From positions 240,064,001 to 240,128,000 of the forward strand of contig OZ024740.1 in NCBI GenBank assembly GCA_964016885.1: a stretch of 64,000 nt of DNA. The letters run 5' to 3'. Positions 27,640 through 41,200 of the stretch are shown in pieces. Position 1 is the stretch's first letter. Every line of letters starts with the position of its first letter. The stretch comes from Eledone cirrhosa. Taxonomy: Eukaryota. The position numbers and the translations under genes are program-made. The notes below the pieces were generated by a model that searched no databases, was not told where the DNA came from, and worked only from the letters and a program-made list of their open reading frames with translations.

Positions 27640-30600
27640 ATGTAAATAGGGAGAAAAAGAAGATTATTAGGAAGAAAAATTTTTTTTTTTCCTTTCATTT
27701 TTCTCTTTTTTTCTGGGTTAGAAAATGTTTAAAACAAAATATTTTACTTTGTGTGAAGTGTTAAGGTATTAGTTAATTTATTTATTAATTAGAAATGGCA
27801 TTTATTCATTTATTCATTTATTTATATATTTAATAATTGTCTATTACCGGGTTCAGCATTTTATGCATTATCAAAGGGGGGAATTTTTATTGGTATAAAA
27901 TGTTGGAGAGAAAATAATGTGATGTTGAACATGTTAAGGAAATGGGAAAGAAAGAATAATATTATTTACAAACAAGGTTTTTGAATTAAAAAGAAAAAAG
28001 AAAAAACGGGGGGCTGTGATGTGGAACATAATAGGGTAATGGGAAAGAAAGAATAATATTATTTACAGGCATAGTTCTTATTTACAGGCATAGTTGTTAG
28101 AGCGCTTGGTTGGTCCATAATGGAGGCAAATGGTAGTCTGGGGTTTGATATGTTTTCCCTTTTTAGAGAGTTAATATGAAGGGGGAGATAATTCAGGGTG
28201 GTCGGGTAGGGGAGAGAGAGATGAGAGAGGAAAAGGGATTATGTAGGGTGTAAGGGAGGTAATTCTTTAGAGAACATAGGAATTGGGGCTTTGGTTCATT
28301 GTTCGTTCCAGTTTTAGTTTAGTCCGAAGTTTAGTCCATTAAGTAGGGGTTGGAATTTGTTAATGAAGTACGTTTCCTTATTGGTACGATGGATGAAATT
28401 AGCGTTGTCTATGAATTTGTAAATGCGGAAAATGTTAAAGTTTGGATGTTGGTTTGGCGATATGCAATCTAAACGCAATCTTTCTGTATTCCTGTATTTT
28501 GATCTATGGACGGTCATACGTTGTCGGAGGCTGTTTTTGTCTGTTCTATGTAGTGCTTGACAACCTGAGCAGGTCAAAACATAGATTAGGTTTTCAGATG
28601 CACATGTAAAGTTGTATTTAACTGTGAAATGCTGTCCTTGTTTAAAATGGAATGTTGAACCTTCTATTAAATTTATGCATATACCACAGTTGGGCCTTCC
28701 GCATTTTTGTTTTGTAGGGTTCATTGTGAGCGTTGGTTGGGTTTTGGCTTGTGTGAGGATGTTTTTATGGATTTAGGTTGCCTTTTGCTCTTTATGATGT
28801 GTGTTTGGAGGATTTTGTTCATTCTTGGGTCTCTTTTTAGTAAAGGAATGTTCTGGAGGATGGTGTCGAATGCCTCGTTGTTGAGGGGGTTGTGTGTGGA
28901 GATGTATGGCAGAGTTTTCTGTTTCGGTTCATTCCTGGGTTTGGGGTGTCTGAGTTCCTGGGTGTTGAGTTTTAGGGCACGTTGGAATCCATTGTTGGTT
29001 AGGGATGGTGGGTAGTTTCTGCTGATAAGTGTGTTCTTTAATTCTTCTAGTCATGTGTAGCATGTGTATTTATCTGAAACTAATGTGTAGATCCTTTTGG
29101 CTAGGAATTGCCAATTTGGTATGGCGAGGGTGGCACGAGTTAAATGGAAGATATTGTTTGGAGTCTGTGGGTTTGTAGTATATGTCTGTTTCTATTTTGT
29201 TGTTCGTTTTCTTGATGAGGATGTCGAGGAAAGGGAGTTGTTCATGGCTGTATTCCATTGTAAATTGTAAGTTTGTGTTGAGTCCATTTAGAAGGGTTTT
29301 AAACTCAATCAGTCTTTCTATACTTTCATGCCAGTGGATGAAGCAGTCGTCCAGATATCTCTTCCAGAGTTTTTTTATGTGTAGGTACAAGTGGTTACCG
29401 TATTTGTCTAGAACCTTGCGGTAGAGAGTGGTTTCCAAATATCCCATGACAAGATTGGCGTATGTAGGGGCTACTTTCGTGCCCATGGCAGTCCCAGATT
29501 TCTGTCTGTAGTATTTGGCATCGAATTCGAAGAAGTTGTTTTCCAAGATGAATTTGATGTCTTCCAACACAAATTCTTTAGGGATGCGCTGTGGAAGTTC
29601 ACTAGGGAAATGTTCAAGCCAGAATGGTATTGCCTCTATACCTAGGTTGTGTGGTATATTGGAATATAGATTGATGACATCAAAGGTTACTAGTAGGGTA
29701 TGTTCATTATTAAGTGTTGTTGGGAGGTGGTTGAGCATGTCAAGGTCGTCCCTTATGAAGCTTTTTATGTGTTTTAGGAAAGGTTTAAGCAGAGTATCTA
29801 GGATGCTGCTTAGGCGGTGGGTTTCATATGTGGTACCTGCTATTATGGGTCTTAATTTAAGGTCATCAGGAGGGGGTATATTGATGTAAATGGTTGTGGC
29901 TTCCTTGCAGGCCCTGCCTATTACTTCGCTTTTGTGTGTCTTTGGGATACCGTAGAAAAGGCTGGTTCTGCTTTTAAAATTGGTGATGTAGTTGTAATCC
30001 TTGTCGGTAAGGCCTTCTTTGTAAAGGGTTGTTAGGGATTTTAGGTTTCTCATTATTTTCTGTTGTGTGTAGTGTTGAGCCTTTTCGTAGTATGTTTGGT
30101 TTTCTAGAGTTGAGAGTACTAGAGTCGTGTTGTGATCTGTCTTCATAAGGACTACTGCACTCCCTTTATCTGCCTCTTTGATTGTTAGGGTTTTGTCGTT
30201 CTTCAGACTGTTAAGACCATTTCATTCTTTTTTGCTTAGGTTTGGTTTTTGTTTATGTCTGTGTAGGTGGTGTTATGGGTAATTAGTAATGTGTTCGCAG
30301 AATTGATCGATGAATTTGTTCTTGCCTTTTGGTGGGGTGTAGTTGCTTCTATTTCTGGCTATTGAGTCATCCTCATTGTATTTGTTGTATAGTTGCTCGC
30401 TGAGTCTTAGTTTTCTACAGAATTCTCCAATGTCTTCCTTCATTTCGGGGTAGTTTGGTCGTTGGGGAGTCGGTGTAAATTTCAGACCTTTGGCGAGTAT
30501 GTTGATTTGCTCTGTTGTTAATTCTTTAGAGGTTAAATTAACGATTGTTATTACATTCTGTGTCTCCTGTGTGTTTTGTGTTATCTTGTTACCCTGTGTC

Positions 30601-31188
30601 TGTGTGCTGTGTCTATAAAATGACTACCGAAGTTGTGGTGGTTGTTGAAGTTTGGATGTCTCTTATGGTTGTATTGGCCCCTGCTGTTGTTGTTAGAGGG
30701 TGTAGCTGTGGTGGTTGTTGAAGTTAGGTTGTATCGTGTAGTTGTATTGAGCCCTGCTGTTGTTTCTGTAGGGTGTGTAGATTTGATCGACGTTGTTATA
30801 GGGTGTGTAGTTGTGGTGGTTGTTGAAGTTAAGTTGTATCGTATGGTTGTATTGAGCCCTGCTGCTGTTGTTGTAGGGTGTGTAGACTTGGTGGTAGTTG
30901 TCTTGTGTGGTTATATTGAGTCCTGCTGTTGTTGTTATATGGTGGTTGTAGTGGTTAGGGTGTCTCGTGTGGTTGTATTGTCCCCTGTTGGTGTTGCCAT
31001 AATAACACTTTTTGAATAAATAAATGCCATTGTTAATTAATAAATAAATTAACTAATACCTTAACACTTCACACAAAGTAAAATATTTTGTTTTAAACAT
31101 TTTCTAACCCAGAAAAAAAGAGAGAAAAATAAAAGGAAAAAAAATATTTTTCTTCCTAATAATCGTCTTTTTCTCCCTATTTACATAT
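27640..31188 (-). mobile_element. Penelope-like element, Neptune-like, disrupted, with inverted terminal repeat
   Basis: N-terminal IVNLTSKELT..LAKGLKFTPTP, RT GTAMGTKVAPTYANL and RYLDDCF (29070-30146), CGRPNCGIC plus GIY-YIG (28314-28724); 27640-27806 is the reverse complement of 31016-31188. Confidence 0.9.
27842..27877 (-). ncRNA. Degenerate hammerhead at the Neptune-like 3' end, UUGAUAA core
   Basis: Reverse complement: ct TTGATAA tgcat aaa atgct GAACC CG GTA; GAAAC is mutated to GAACC. Confidence 0.45.
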
Positions 31189-31551
<363 letters not shown>

Positions 31552-32454
31552 GCACACATACACACACATAGTTATAATTATTTGGATTCGCGAATACTAC
31601 GAATGATTGACACTAACAAATTTCGGGTAGTAGAATGTTATTGAAATACACCAGGTTTTCAACGAATATTGCACTATGTAATTGCCTGCGGGTAGAAATA
31701 ATAATGTCAAAATGAAGCCAACAAAGTAACTCGTGTCTAAAACAAATGAAATCTGCACTAAAAAATAAAATCAATCTTCTCTAGTTCTTTCTTTATTTTC
31801 AATTATCATGGCTAATATAAAAAAAATATTAGTAAAATTGATATTGCCAAGGATAGGTATTTCGGTCCTATCGACAGCCAGTTGGGTTTCTATGTAAATG
31901 TTAAATTGGTCACTGCTTTTTATATTTTTTAAATAATTTCCATTTCCCAATTGAGCCATTCTTTGCAGCTTTAAGTCCCGAAGTGATTAATGGTTTGTAT
32001 TATTTCTCTTTCTATATATAATACTTTTCCTTATTTCTCCCCTTGGAAAGTTATTAACTAGCTCTAACTTTCTACAGTTTCTTTTAAAACTATTCAATGG
32101 TAGTTACCTTTCTTCAGTATTCTTCTAATCATCACCAGGTCAGCAGAATAATCTACATTGGCTCGTATCTTATTATACACCCATTGCATTTTACAAACTG
32201 TTCTCAGCAAACTTTCTTCATTACACAATCAATCACAGACTTCTGTCTGCGGGATGATAGAAAGGAATTATAAGTAAATACCTCGGATGGGAGATTTACG
32301 TGCATGCTATTCCGTCGGCTATGGTCACGAAGATGTTCTACGCGGTAACTATAATCAGAACTGGACCTAGAGTTGAAAATATAATATAATTTGACATAAA
32401 CAAAGTATTTTCTGGCATAATTTCAATAAGTGTGTGCGTATATATATATACATA

Positions 32455-32527
<73 letters not shown>

Positions 32528-32714
32528 AATAATAATAATAATAATTATTATTATTATTATTATTATTATTATAATAATAATGTTTTCTTTATTAACCACA
32601 AGGGTTTACATAAAGTAGACATTAAGGACAGTACAGGACAATACAGGACGGTACAAATGGGCATTTCTGCGTGTAAAAATATAATTATAATAATAATAAG
32701 AAGAAGAAGAAGAA

Positions 32715-34307
32715 CTAGATAAATGCGCCAAAGCAACGTTCACCAGAGGAAAGCTGCTGAAGAGTTCAGACATTAATCTTGATCGGGGGAACGTGATAAG
32801 AGAACTTGATCAAGAAAAAACTTACAAATATCTAGGTGTTTGTGAAAGAGACGGAATCAAGCACTCGACAATGAGGGAAAGGATAAGGAAAGAATGTTAC
32901 CGCAGAGTAAGAGCAATCTTAAGAACGGAATTGAATGCAAGGAATAGGATCGATGCCATAAACACGCTTGCCATACCAGTAGTAACCTACAGTTACAATG
33001 TCATCAACTGGTCAAGCACAGAGATCCGTGGGCTCGATACAAAAATTCGAAAATTCTAAACCATGCACAGAATGCATCACCCTAAGGCAGATATAGATAG
33101 AATATATCTCCCTATGAAAGAAGGAGGACGTGGGTTAATCCAGTTAGACATTGCGTTGAAAACTGCAACAATTGCATTATCTACATATCTAAGGGAATCA
33201 CATGATTGGATGATCAAACTCGTTTTGAAACACGAAAGCATCAAAAGATCATATTCCATTACAAAAGATGCACAAATATACAGTAATGGACTACAAATTT
33301 CAGAAGTCCCATTTACTGCTGAAATGGAAAACACAGAAAAAGCAAAGCAGGTAAAAGTAACTGCAAAGAAAGAACTGCTACAGAAACTGGCTAAGAAATG
33401 GCAAGAAAAGCCTCTGTATGGAAAATACCCAGAACGAGCTAACAATCCTGATGTTGACAAAACTTTAACCCATCAGTGGTTGGCATCCTCTGGACTGAAA
33501 TCGGAGACTGAAGGACTGATTATATCAGCACAAGATCAGTGTCTGCCAACAAAAAATTACCAAGCCAACATAATAAAAAAACGGATGCAGCCCATTATGC
33601 CGTGTATGTAAAAAACAACCAAAGACCATTGACCATATAATTTCAATGTGCAGTCCTATAGCTCCAACCGAATACCTAAACAGGCATGACAGAGCTGCAC
33701 AATACATGCATTGGATAATGTGTAAGCATTTTGACCTGCCCCATCAAAAGAATTGGTGGGAGCATCAACCACCTCCCATACTTGAAAAAGATCACATCTC
33801 AATCTTGTGGAACTTTAGCATCCAAACAGACCTAAAAATAGATGCAATTAGACCTGATATAATATTGAAGGAGTTTAAAAAGAGGGTATGCCTGCTAATT
33901 GATATGTCCGTTCCAATAGACAAGAATGTATCTATAAAAACATTTGAAAAATTGAGCAAGTATAAGGACCTGGAGATAGAATTGGAAAAATCTGGAAATT
34001 GAGAACTAAAACAATACCAGTGGTTGTAGGCGCTCTGGGAATGATATCTAAGGGGTCTAATGATTACTTATCGCAAATCCCAGGAAACCCGCGTATAGGA
34101 GAAATACAAAAGATAGTACTAATGGGAACTGCCCATATACTAAGGAAGATTCTGGCAATATAAGTACATCACAAGTCTAAACACCTAAAGATGCATGTGT
34201 GAGTATATATGTTCTTTCTTGAACATGGCGGACCTTGTTGTCTCTTGAGGTCACTGGTTGTGACTTGGTGATAACTCGTATTAACATAAAGCAAGATAAA
34301 TGCAGCT

Positions 34308-34308
<1 letters not shown>
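32715..34308 (+). pseudogene. 5'-truncated R4/Dong-clade retrotransposon, family B, disrupted
   Basis: YKYLGV, HPKADIDRIYLP..GGRGL, LKSETEG..AQDQ, RHD, RPDI..IDMSVP..K.SKYKDL; stop at 33057 and frameshifts; ends in (TAA)n. Confidence 0.9.
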
Positions 34309-34366
<58 letters not shown>

Positions 34367-34369
<3 letters not shown>

Positions 34370-34414
34370 TGTTTCTACGTTAGGCACAAGGCCAGCAATT
34401 ACCCAGTGTATTGC

Positions 34415-34418
<4 letters not shown>
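34367..34418 (-). mobile_element. SINE 3' fragment inside (TAA)n
   Basis: Reverse complement of the SINE tail ccagtaatgcactgggtaattgctggccttgtgcctaa. Confidence 0.8.
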
Positions 34419-34493
<75 letters not shown>

Positions 34494-34497
<4 letters not shown>

Positions 34498-34985
34498 GGT
34501 ATGAGCATAGGCCAGAGGCGGTGATGGAGAACAATCAGGTGAAGGTGCTGTGGGATTTTAGGATACAGACGGACAAAAAACTGGAACACAATAGCCCTGA
34601 CCTGGTGGTTGTGGACAAGGAAAAAAGATCGTGTCTGATTGTGGATGTGGCCTGCCCGTTCGACACGAGAGTGCAAGAGAAGGAGAGGGAGAAAATTAAC
34701 CGATACCAGGACCTAAAGTGGGAGGTGAAAAGGATTTGGAACTGCCATGAAGTCAAAGTGATCCCGATTGTCATAGGCGCACTGGGGACTATCTCCAAAA
34801 ATTTCCAGGGATGGTTAAAGAAAATCGGCCCCTTCACGCTTTTTGGAACGCTCCAAAAGGCATGCTTGCTTGGAATAGCAAGAACCCTCCGATACGTCCT
34901 GAATATCTGAGGCTGCAGGTAGTGGCTTGATATTCAATCCAACGGACTTTCCAGTTAACCAACATCAATGACTGAGATTCAATGA
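34494..34985 (+). mobile_element. 5'-truncated Dong family A, copy 1
   Basis: Near-identical to 41274-41764; flanked by (TAA)n. Confidence 0.95.
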
Positions 34986-35009
34986 ATAACAACAATAATA
35001 ATAATAATG

Positions 35010-35047
<38 letters not shown>

Positions 35048-35048
<1 letters not shown>

Positions 35049-35590
35049 CAGGGTGATCCACTGGCACCTGTGCAAAGTAAACAATTTACCACATTCTGAG
35101 AAATGGTATGAGTATAGGCCAGAGGCGGTGATGGAGAACGATCAGGTGAAGGTGCTGTGGGATTGTAGGATACAGACGGACAAGAAACTGGAACACAATA
35201 GACCTGACCTGGTGGTTGTGGACAAAGAAAAAAGATCGTGTCTGATTGTGGATGTGGCCTGCCCATTCGACACGAGAGTGCAAGAGAAGGAGAGGGAGAA
35301 AATTAACCGATACCAGGACTTAAAGTGGGAGGTAAAAAGGATTTGGAAATGCCATGAAGTCAAAGTGATCCCGATTGTCATAGGCGCACTGGGGACTATC
35401 TCCAAAAGTTTCCAGGGATGGTTAAAGAAAACGGCCCCTTCACGTTTTTTGGAACGCTTCAAAAGGCATGCTTGCTGGGAACAGCAAGAACCCTCCGATA
35501 CGTCCTGAATATCTGAGGCTGCAGGTAGTGGCTTGATATTCATTCCAACGGACTTTCCAGTTAACCAACATCAATGACTGAGATTCAAGG
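35048..35590 (+). mobile_element. 5'-truncated Dong family A, copy 2
   Basis: Matches 41221-41764, frameshifted near its end; flanked by (TAA)n. Confidence 0.95.
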
Positions 35591-35619
35591 AATAATAATA
35601 ATAATAATAATAATAATAA

Positions 35620-35905
35620 GAGATAGTACCTAGTGCGCCTATGACAATCGGGACCACTTTGACTGCCATGAAGTCAAAGTGGTCCCGATTGTCATAGGCG
35701 CACTAGGTACTATCTCAAAAAGTTTCCAGGGATGGTTAAAGAAAATTGGCCCCGCCACGCTTTTTGGAACGCTTCAAAATGCATGGTTGCTGGGAACAGC
35801 AAGAACCCTCCGATACGTCCTGAATATCTGAGGCTACAGGTAGTGGCTTGATATTCATTTCAACAAACTTTCCAGTTAACTAACATCAATGACTGAGACT
35901 CAAAG
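35620..35905 (+). mobile_element. 5'-truncated Dong family A, copy 3, with a 5' inverted segment
   Basis: 35620-35664 is the reverse complement of 35672-35716; the rest matches the element 3' end. Confidence 0.9.
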
Positions 35906-35921
35906 AATAAGAATAATAATA

Positions 35922-37134
35922 AGAGAGTAAGGAGCGTATTAAAGTCACATCTGAACAGTAGGAATGCCATAAGTGCAGTAAATTCCCGAGCTGTGTCTAT
36001 TATTAGGTACAGTGTGGGAATTCTGAGATGGAATGTTGCTGAACAAAAAGAAATGGATAGGAAGACTAGGAAGCTATTGACTATCTGCAACATGTTCCAC
36101 AAGAGGAGTGATGTCGATAGACTCTACTTAAAGAGATCTGAAGGTGGAAGAGGTCTTATCAGCATAGAGGACTGTGTTCAGATGGAGAAAAACAACCTAC
36201 ACAAATACGTGACTGATAGTAAGGAGCCAATGCTCAGAATTATACTGAAGGAGAGGACAATAAACCAGGGGATGTCCAAGGAGGAAATAACAACAAGGAG
36301 AAAGAGCAGCCTTCATGAAAAATCCCTTCATAGTACCTTCTTTGAGAAAACTGAATTTAGAGATCCACAGACATGGAACTGGTTGTAAAGAGGAGACCTT
36401 AAAAAGGCTACAGAAGGAATGCTAATGACTGCGCAAGGGCAGGCCCTCAAAACGAAGTGGTGAAACACCATATTTACAAGGAGGAGGCTAGCCCACTGTG
36501 CAGGATCTGTGGGGAGAGAGAGGAGACTGTGGCTCACATTGTATCTGAGTGTAAACACCTAGCCCAGACTCACTATAAAGGCTCGAGACATGATGTGATG
36601 GGTGATCCACTGACACCTATGCAAAGTAAACAATTTACCACATTCTAAGAAGTGGTATGAGCATAAGCCAGAGTCGGTGATAGAAAACGATCAGGTGAAG
36701 GTACTGTGGGATTTTAGGATACAGACGGACAAGAAACTGGAGCACAATAGACCTGACCTGGTGGTTTTGGACAAAGAAAGAAGATTGTGCCTGATTGTGG
36801 ATGTGGCCTGCCCATTCGACACGAGAGTGCAAGAGAAGGAGAGGGAAAAAATTAACCGATACCAGGACTTAAAGTGGGAGGTAAAAAGGATTTGGAACTG
36901 CCATGAATTCAAAGTGGTCCCGATTGTCATAGGCGCACTAGGTACTATCTCAAAAGGTTTCCAGGGATGGTTAAAGAAAATTGGCCCCGCCACGCTTTTT
37001 GGAACGCTTCAAAAGGCATGCTTGCTGGGAACAACAAGAACCCTCCGATACGTCCTGAATATCTGAGGTAGTGGCTTGATATTCATTTCAACAAACTTTC
37101 CAGTTAACTAACATCAATGACTGAGACTCAAAGA
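35922..37134 (+). mobile_element. 5'-truncated Dong family A, copy 4, disrupted
   Basis: Matches about 40541-41764 with stops and indels; followed by (TAA)n 37140-37216. Confidence 0.95.
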
Positions 37135-37140
37135 ACAATA

Positions 37141-37216
<76 letters not shown>

Positions 37217-38297
37217 GGGAAGAAGACGCACGAGGTGACAGAGGTCATGAAATCGCTCCCGTAAGTTTTGAATTTTTAACATATTTAAATCATTTGTGAA
37301 ATAACAACTCTTAGTACAAATGCTACGTAAAGCACCCGGCTTGAGCCCCAAAAAATTCGGACCCAAAATATATTGTTATAAGGCTCAAATATTCAAATAT
37401 TCAACTTTGTATTGTACACTGTATATCCAAAAAAAAAAAATGGCTATAAATGGAAGAAGAAGAACCCCCCCCCCCCTCCTCTCCTCTGGCTACACTATAT
37501 AGGACAGCTAAACTCACCAACACCAGAAACTAGATACACCACCCACCCCATCATCTGTGTACACTAAACACAACAGCATTTTCACCTTCACCGCCACCGC
37601 TCACTACGGCCATCATTACCACCACTATCCCATCACCGCCGCCACCACCCCTTGACTCCTTCACTGCTGCTGCCACCGCTACAGCACCATCACTACAGTA
37701 ATACGTTCGCATCACCGCCACCACTGCCTCGGTATCGACATCACCACCACCACTGTCTCAGTATCGCCAACGCCGCCCTCTCCCACTTCTCCCTGCTGGC
37801 TGCTACACTTTCCACATTATAGAATCCCTACTACTAACAAAGAGGAAGGCATCAAAATATATAGATAGACTCAAAAGAAAAAAGAAAAAACAAACAACAA
37901 AACCAAAGCAGCACAGCAACAACAGCAAAAAACGAGAAAAACAAACAGAGAAAAACAAAAATAAAAAAAGAAACCCCAAAAACGTAAAGAAAATAAGAAT
38001 GAAGAGAGAAGCAGGCGGACGGACAGAGAAGAGGGGGGAAAAAGTAAAACTTAAAAAACAAAAACTAAGTCAGACATTCGAATACTACATTACAATGAAA
38101 CTTATGCTTATTCATTTTTGGGGCCCTTTCTGCCCGTGTGTTTGTTTGTTTATGTGTGTTCGTATACAGCGTGGTGATAATGCCACACAAGGGCCAAGTG
38201 GGATGGCGGATCCACAGATGGCTATGTAAACATACATTCGCCAATCCTCGATAAGAGTGTTTAAATATCGAACATAAACAGTTCGAATAACGGTGAA

Positions 38298-41200
38298 ATG
38301 GAGACTAGAACGTCATGTGACAGACTCTCACCCAACAGGTGCCCCCTGGCTCAGCAGCAGGAACCTGACTGTCAACCAAATACTGCTGATGTTGGAGGAA
38401 GAAGAAGAAGGAAAGGGGCCAGAACCAACTGGACGAAAGAATTGAATAGAACTGTTATGCAATGCTACCTGAAAAGTAACCCCAAGGAGAGGGGCTACAG
38501 GAGACGGATGCATAACATCTGGAACGAGATTGGTTTATTTAAATTAGATGAACAAAAATTGGCCGGGCAGGCTCGGGTAATAAGAACTAATGGGTGGATA
38601 AGCGAGCTGGAACTGGAGGAACTGAGCAGAGAGAATGGCTTGGAGATGGCGGGTGTAGTATGCCAGACAAGCGAGCCGGTGGGAAATGAAGGTGAGGAGG
38701 TCCTGAGAACGGAGGAACCACCCGAAGCAGACAATGATCTGAATACTGAGATAAATAATACCTGGAACAGAGATACGGCCACTGAGGAGATGAATGCTGA
38801 CGGGCTAGGACAAGATTCGGTTGACATCCTAAATCTAGTGGTAGATGAATTGAACAATGATAGTGGGAGACCTATGAACCTAAGATTTGTAGACAGGAAA
38901 AAGTTAAAAGAAACAACAGCTAAGGTAAACAAAGTCATCCCATACCTTGAGGCGAGGAGTCTTCACCAGTGCAACAATATCCTCAAAGCAACAGCAAATA
39001 CGGTGAGGAAACTACTTGGTATAAAAGCGAGAGGAAACAACAGACAAGAAAGAGCAGAGCCGTGGTGGAAGAAGCGACTGAGTGGGCAAATCGGGGAAAT
39101 GAGAAATGACATAGGAAAGCTTGAGTCACTACTGAATGGGACACTAAAAAACATAGGCACTAAAAATAGACTGGAAATAAAATACAAAACTAGGAGTAAA
39201 AAGCTAAATATTATCATAGAGGAATTGAAGCAACGCATTGTAGCAAAGAGTGCCAAAATCAGGCGATACGAGAACAGAGTCAGTCAGTATAAACAGAACC
39301 GCATGTTCGCCAACAACCAGAAGATGCTGTTTGGACAGCTTGAGGGGAAAGAAAGAGGCAACGACTTGATCCCTGGGGCGGAACAAGCTAAAACATTCTG
39401 GAGAGGAATATGGGAGCAGGATGTTAGACACAATGCCCAGGCAGGGTGGATTGAGACAGTACAGAGGGAGATCGGTGAGAAGGCACAACAACAGACTGAT
39501 TTGAGTATCACAGTTGAAACTCTTAAGGGGCAAGCCAAAAAACTAACCAACTGGAAATCACCAGGCCCAGATGGTGTGCAGGGGTATTGGATTAAACATT
39601 TAACATCCCTCCACCCGAAGCTGACGGCCATGTTCAATGACTGCTTGGTGTCGGGTGAGGTGCCAGAGTGGTTGACAAAAGGTACCACAGTTCTGATAAT
39701 GAAAGACCGAATCAAGGGTAATGATGTTACCAACTATAGACCTATCACATGTCTGCCCGTAATGTGGAAACTGTTGACGAGCATTGTGTCTGAGGAAATC
39801 TACCATCACCTCCACACAAACAACTTGTTACCGGACGAACAGAAAGGATGCCGAAAGAAGTCACGTGGTACAAAGGACCAGTTGCTTATTGATAAGATGG
39901 TAATGGGGAATTGCAGGAGGAGACACACTGATCTTGCCATGGGATGGATAGACTACAGAAAGGCATTTGACATGGTGCCTCATTCCTGGATCACCAAAAG
40001 CCTGGAGGTCTTCAGGGTGGCAGATAACATCAGACAGTTGCTAGGCAGGAGTATGGGGTCCTGGGAGACAGAGCTGACATCAACTGGAGTATCCTTGGGA
40101 AGCGTGAAGATCAAGAGAGGTATCTTCCAGGGAGATAGCCTGTCCCCTCTGTTGTTTGTCCTTGCCCTGATGCCCTTGACCATTATGCTGCGAAAAGTGA
40201 GAGCAGGATACAAGTTGGGAAGGGGAGAGCTTACCATCAATCACCTCCTCTTCATGGACGATCTTAAGCTCTTCGGGAAAAGTGAGAAGGAGTTGGATGT
40301 GCTTGTTGACACTGTCAGTATTTTCAGCAGTGATATATGTATGCAGTTTGGTATTGGTAAATGTGGAGTCATTGTGATGAAGAGGGGTAGGTTGAGCAGA
40401 AGTAACGGGATCCAGATACCAACAGGTGAGATGATAAAGGAAATTGACTCTGAGGAAGGATACAAGTATTTGGGCGTTCTGGAGGCTGATGGCATAAAGA
40501 ACAAAAAAATGAAGGAATTGTTAAGAACTGAATACATTCGGAGAGTAAGGAGCGTATTGAAGTCACATCTGAACAGCAGAAATGCCATAAGCGCAGTAAA
40601 TTCCCGAGCTGTGTCTATTATTAGGTACAGTGCGGGAATTCTGAGATGGAATGTTGCTGAACAAAAAGAAATGGATAGGAAGACTAGGAAGCTATTGACT
40701 ATCTACAACATGTTCCACAAGAGGAGTGATGTCGATAGACTCTACCTAAGGAGATCTGAGGGTGGAAGAGGTCTTATCAGCATAGAGGACTGTGTTCAGA
40801 TGGAGAAAAACAACTTATACAAATACGTGACCTATAGTAAGGAGCCAATGCTCAGAACTGTACTGAAGGAGGGGACAGTAGGCCAGGTGATGTCCAAGGA
40901 GGAAATAACATCAAGGAGGAAGAGCAGCCTTAAGGGAAAATCCCTTCATAGTACCTTCTTTGAGAAAACTGAATTTAGAGATCCACAGACATGGAACTGG
41001 TTGAGAAGAGGAGACCTCAAAAAGGCTACAGAAGGAATGCTAATGGCTGCGCAGGAGCAGGCCCTCAAAACGAAGTGGTTGAAGCACCATATCTACAAGG
41101 AGGAGGCTAGCCCACTGTGCAGGATCTGTGGAGAGAGAGAGGAGACTGTGGCTCACATTGTGTCCGAGTGTAAACACCTAGCCCAGACCCACTATAAGGG

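Noticed and set aside
30633-31019. 128-aa Val-rich membrane-like ORF
   Set aside because: Antisense reading of the tandem repeats inside the Neptune-like PLE
34309-37216. CRISPR-like repeat/spacer pattern
   Set aside because: The repeats are (TAA)n and the spacers are homologous retrotransposon 3' ends in eukaryotic DNA
38230-38265. HDV-like ribozyme around tcctcg
   Set aside because: No P3 pairing around the putative loop and no consistent P1/P2
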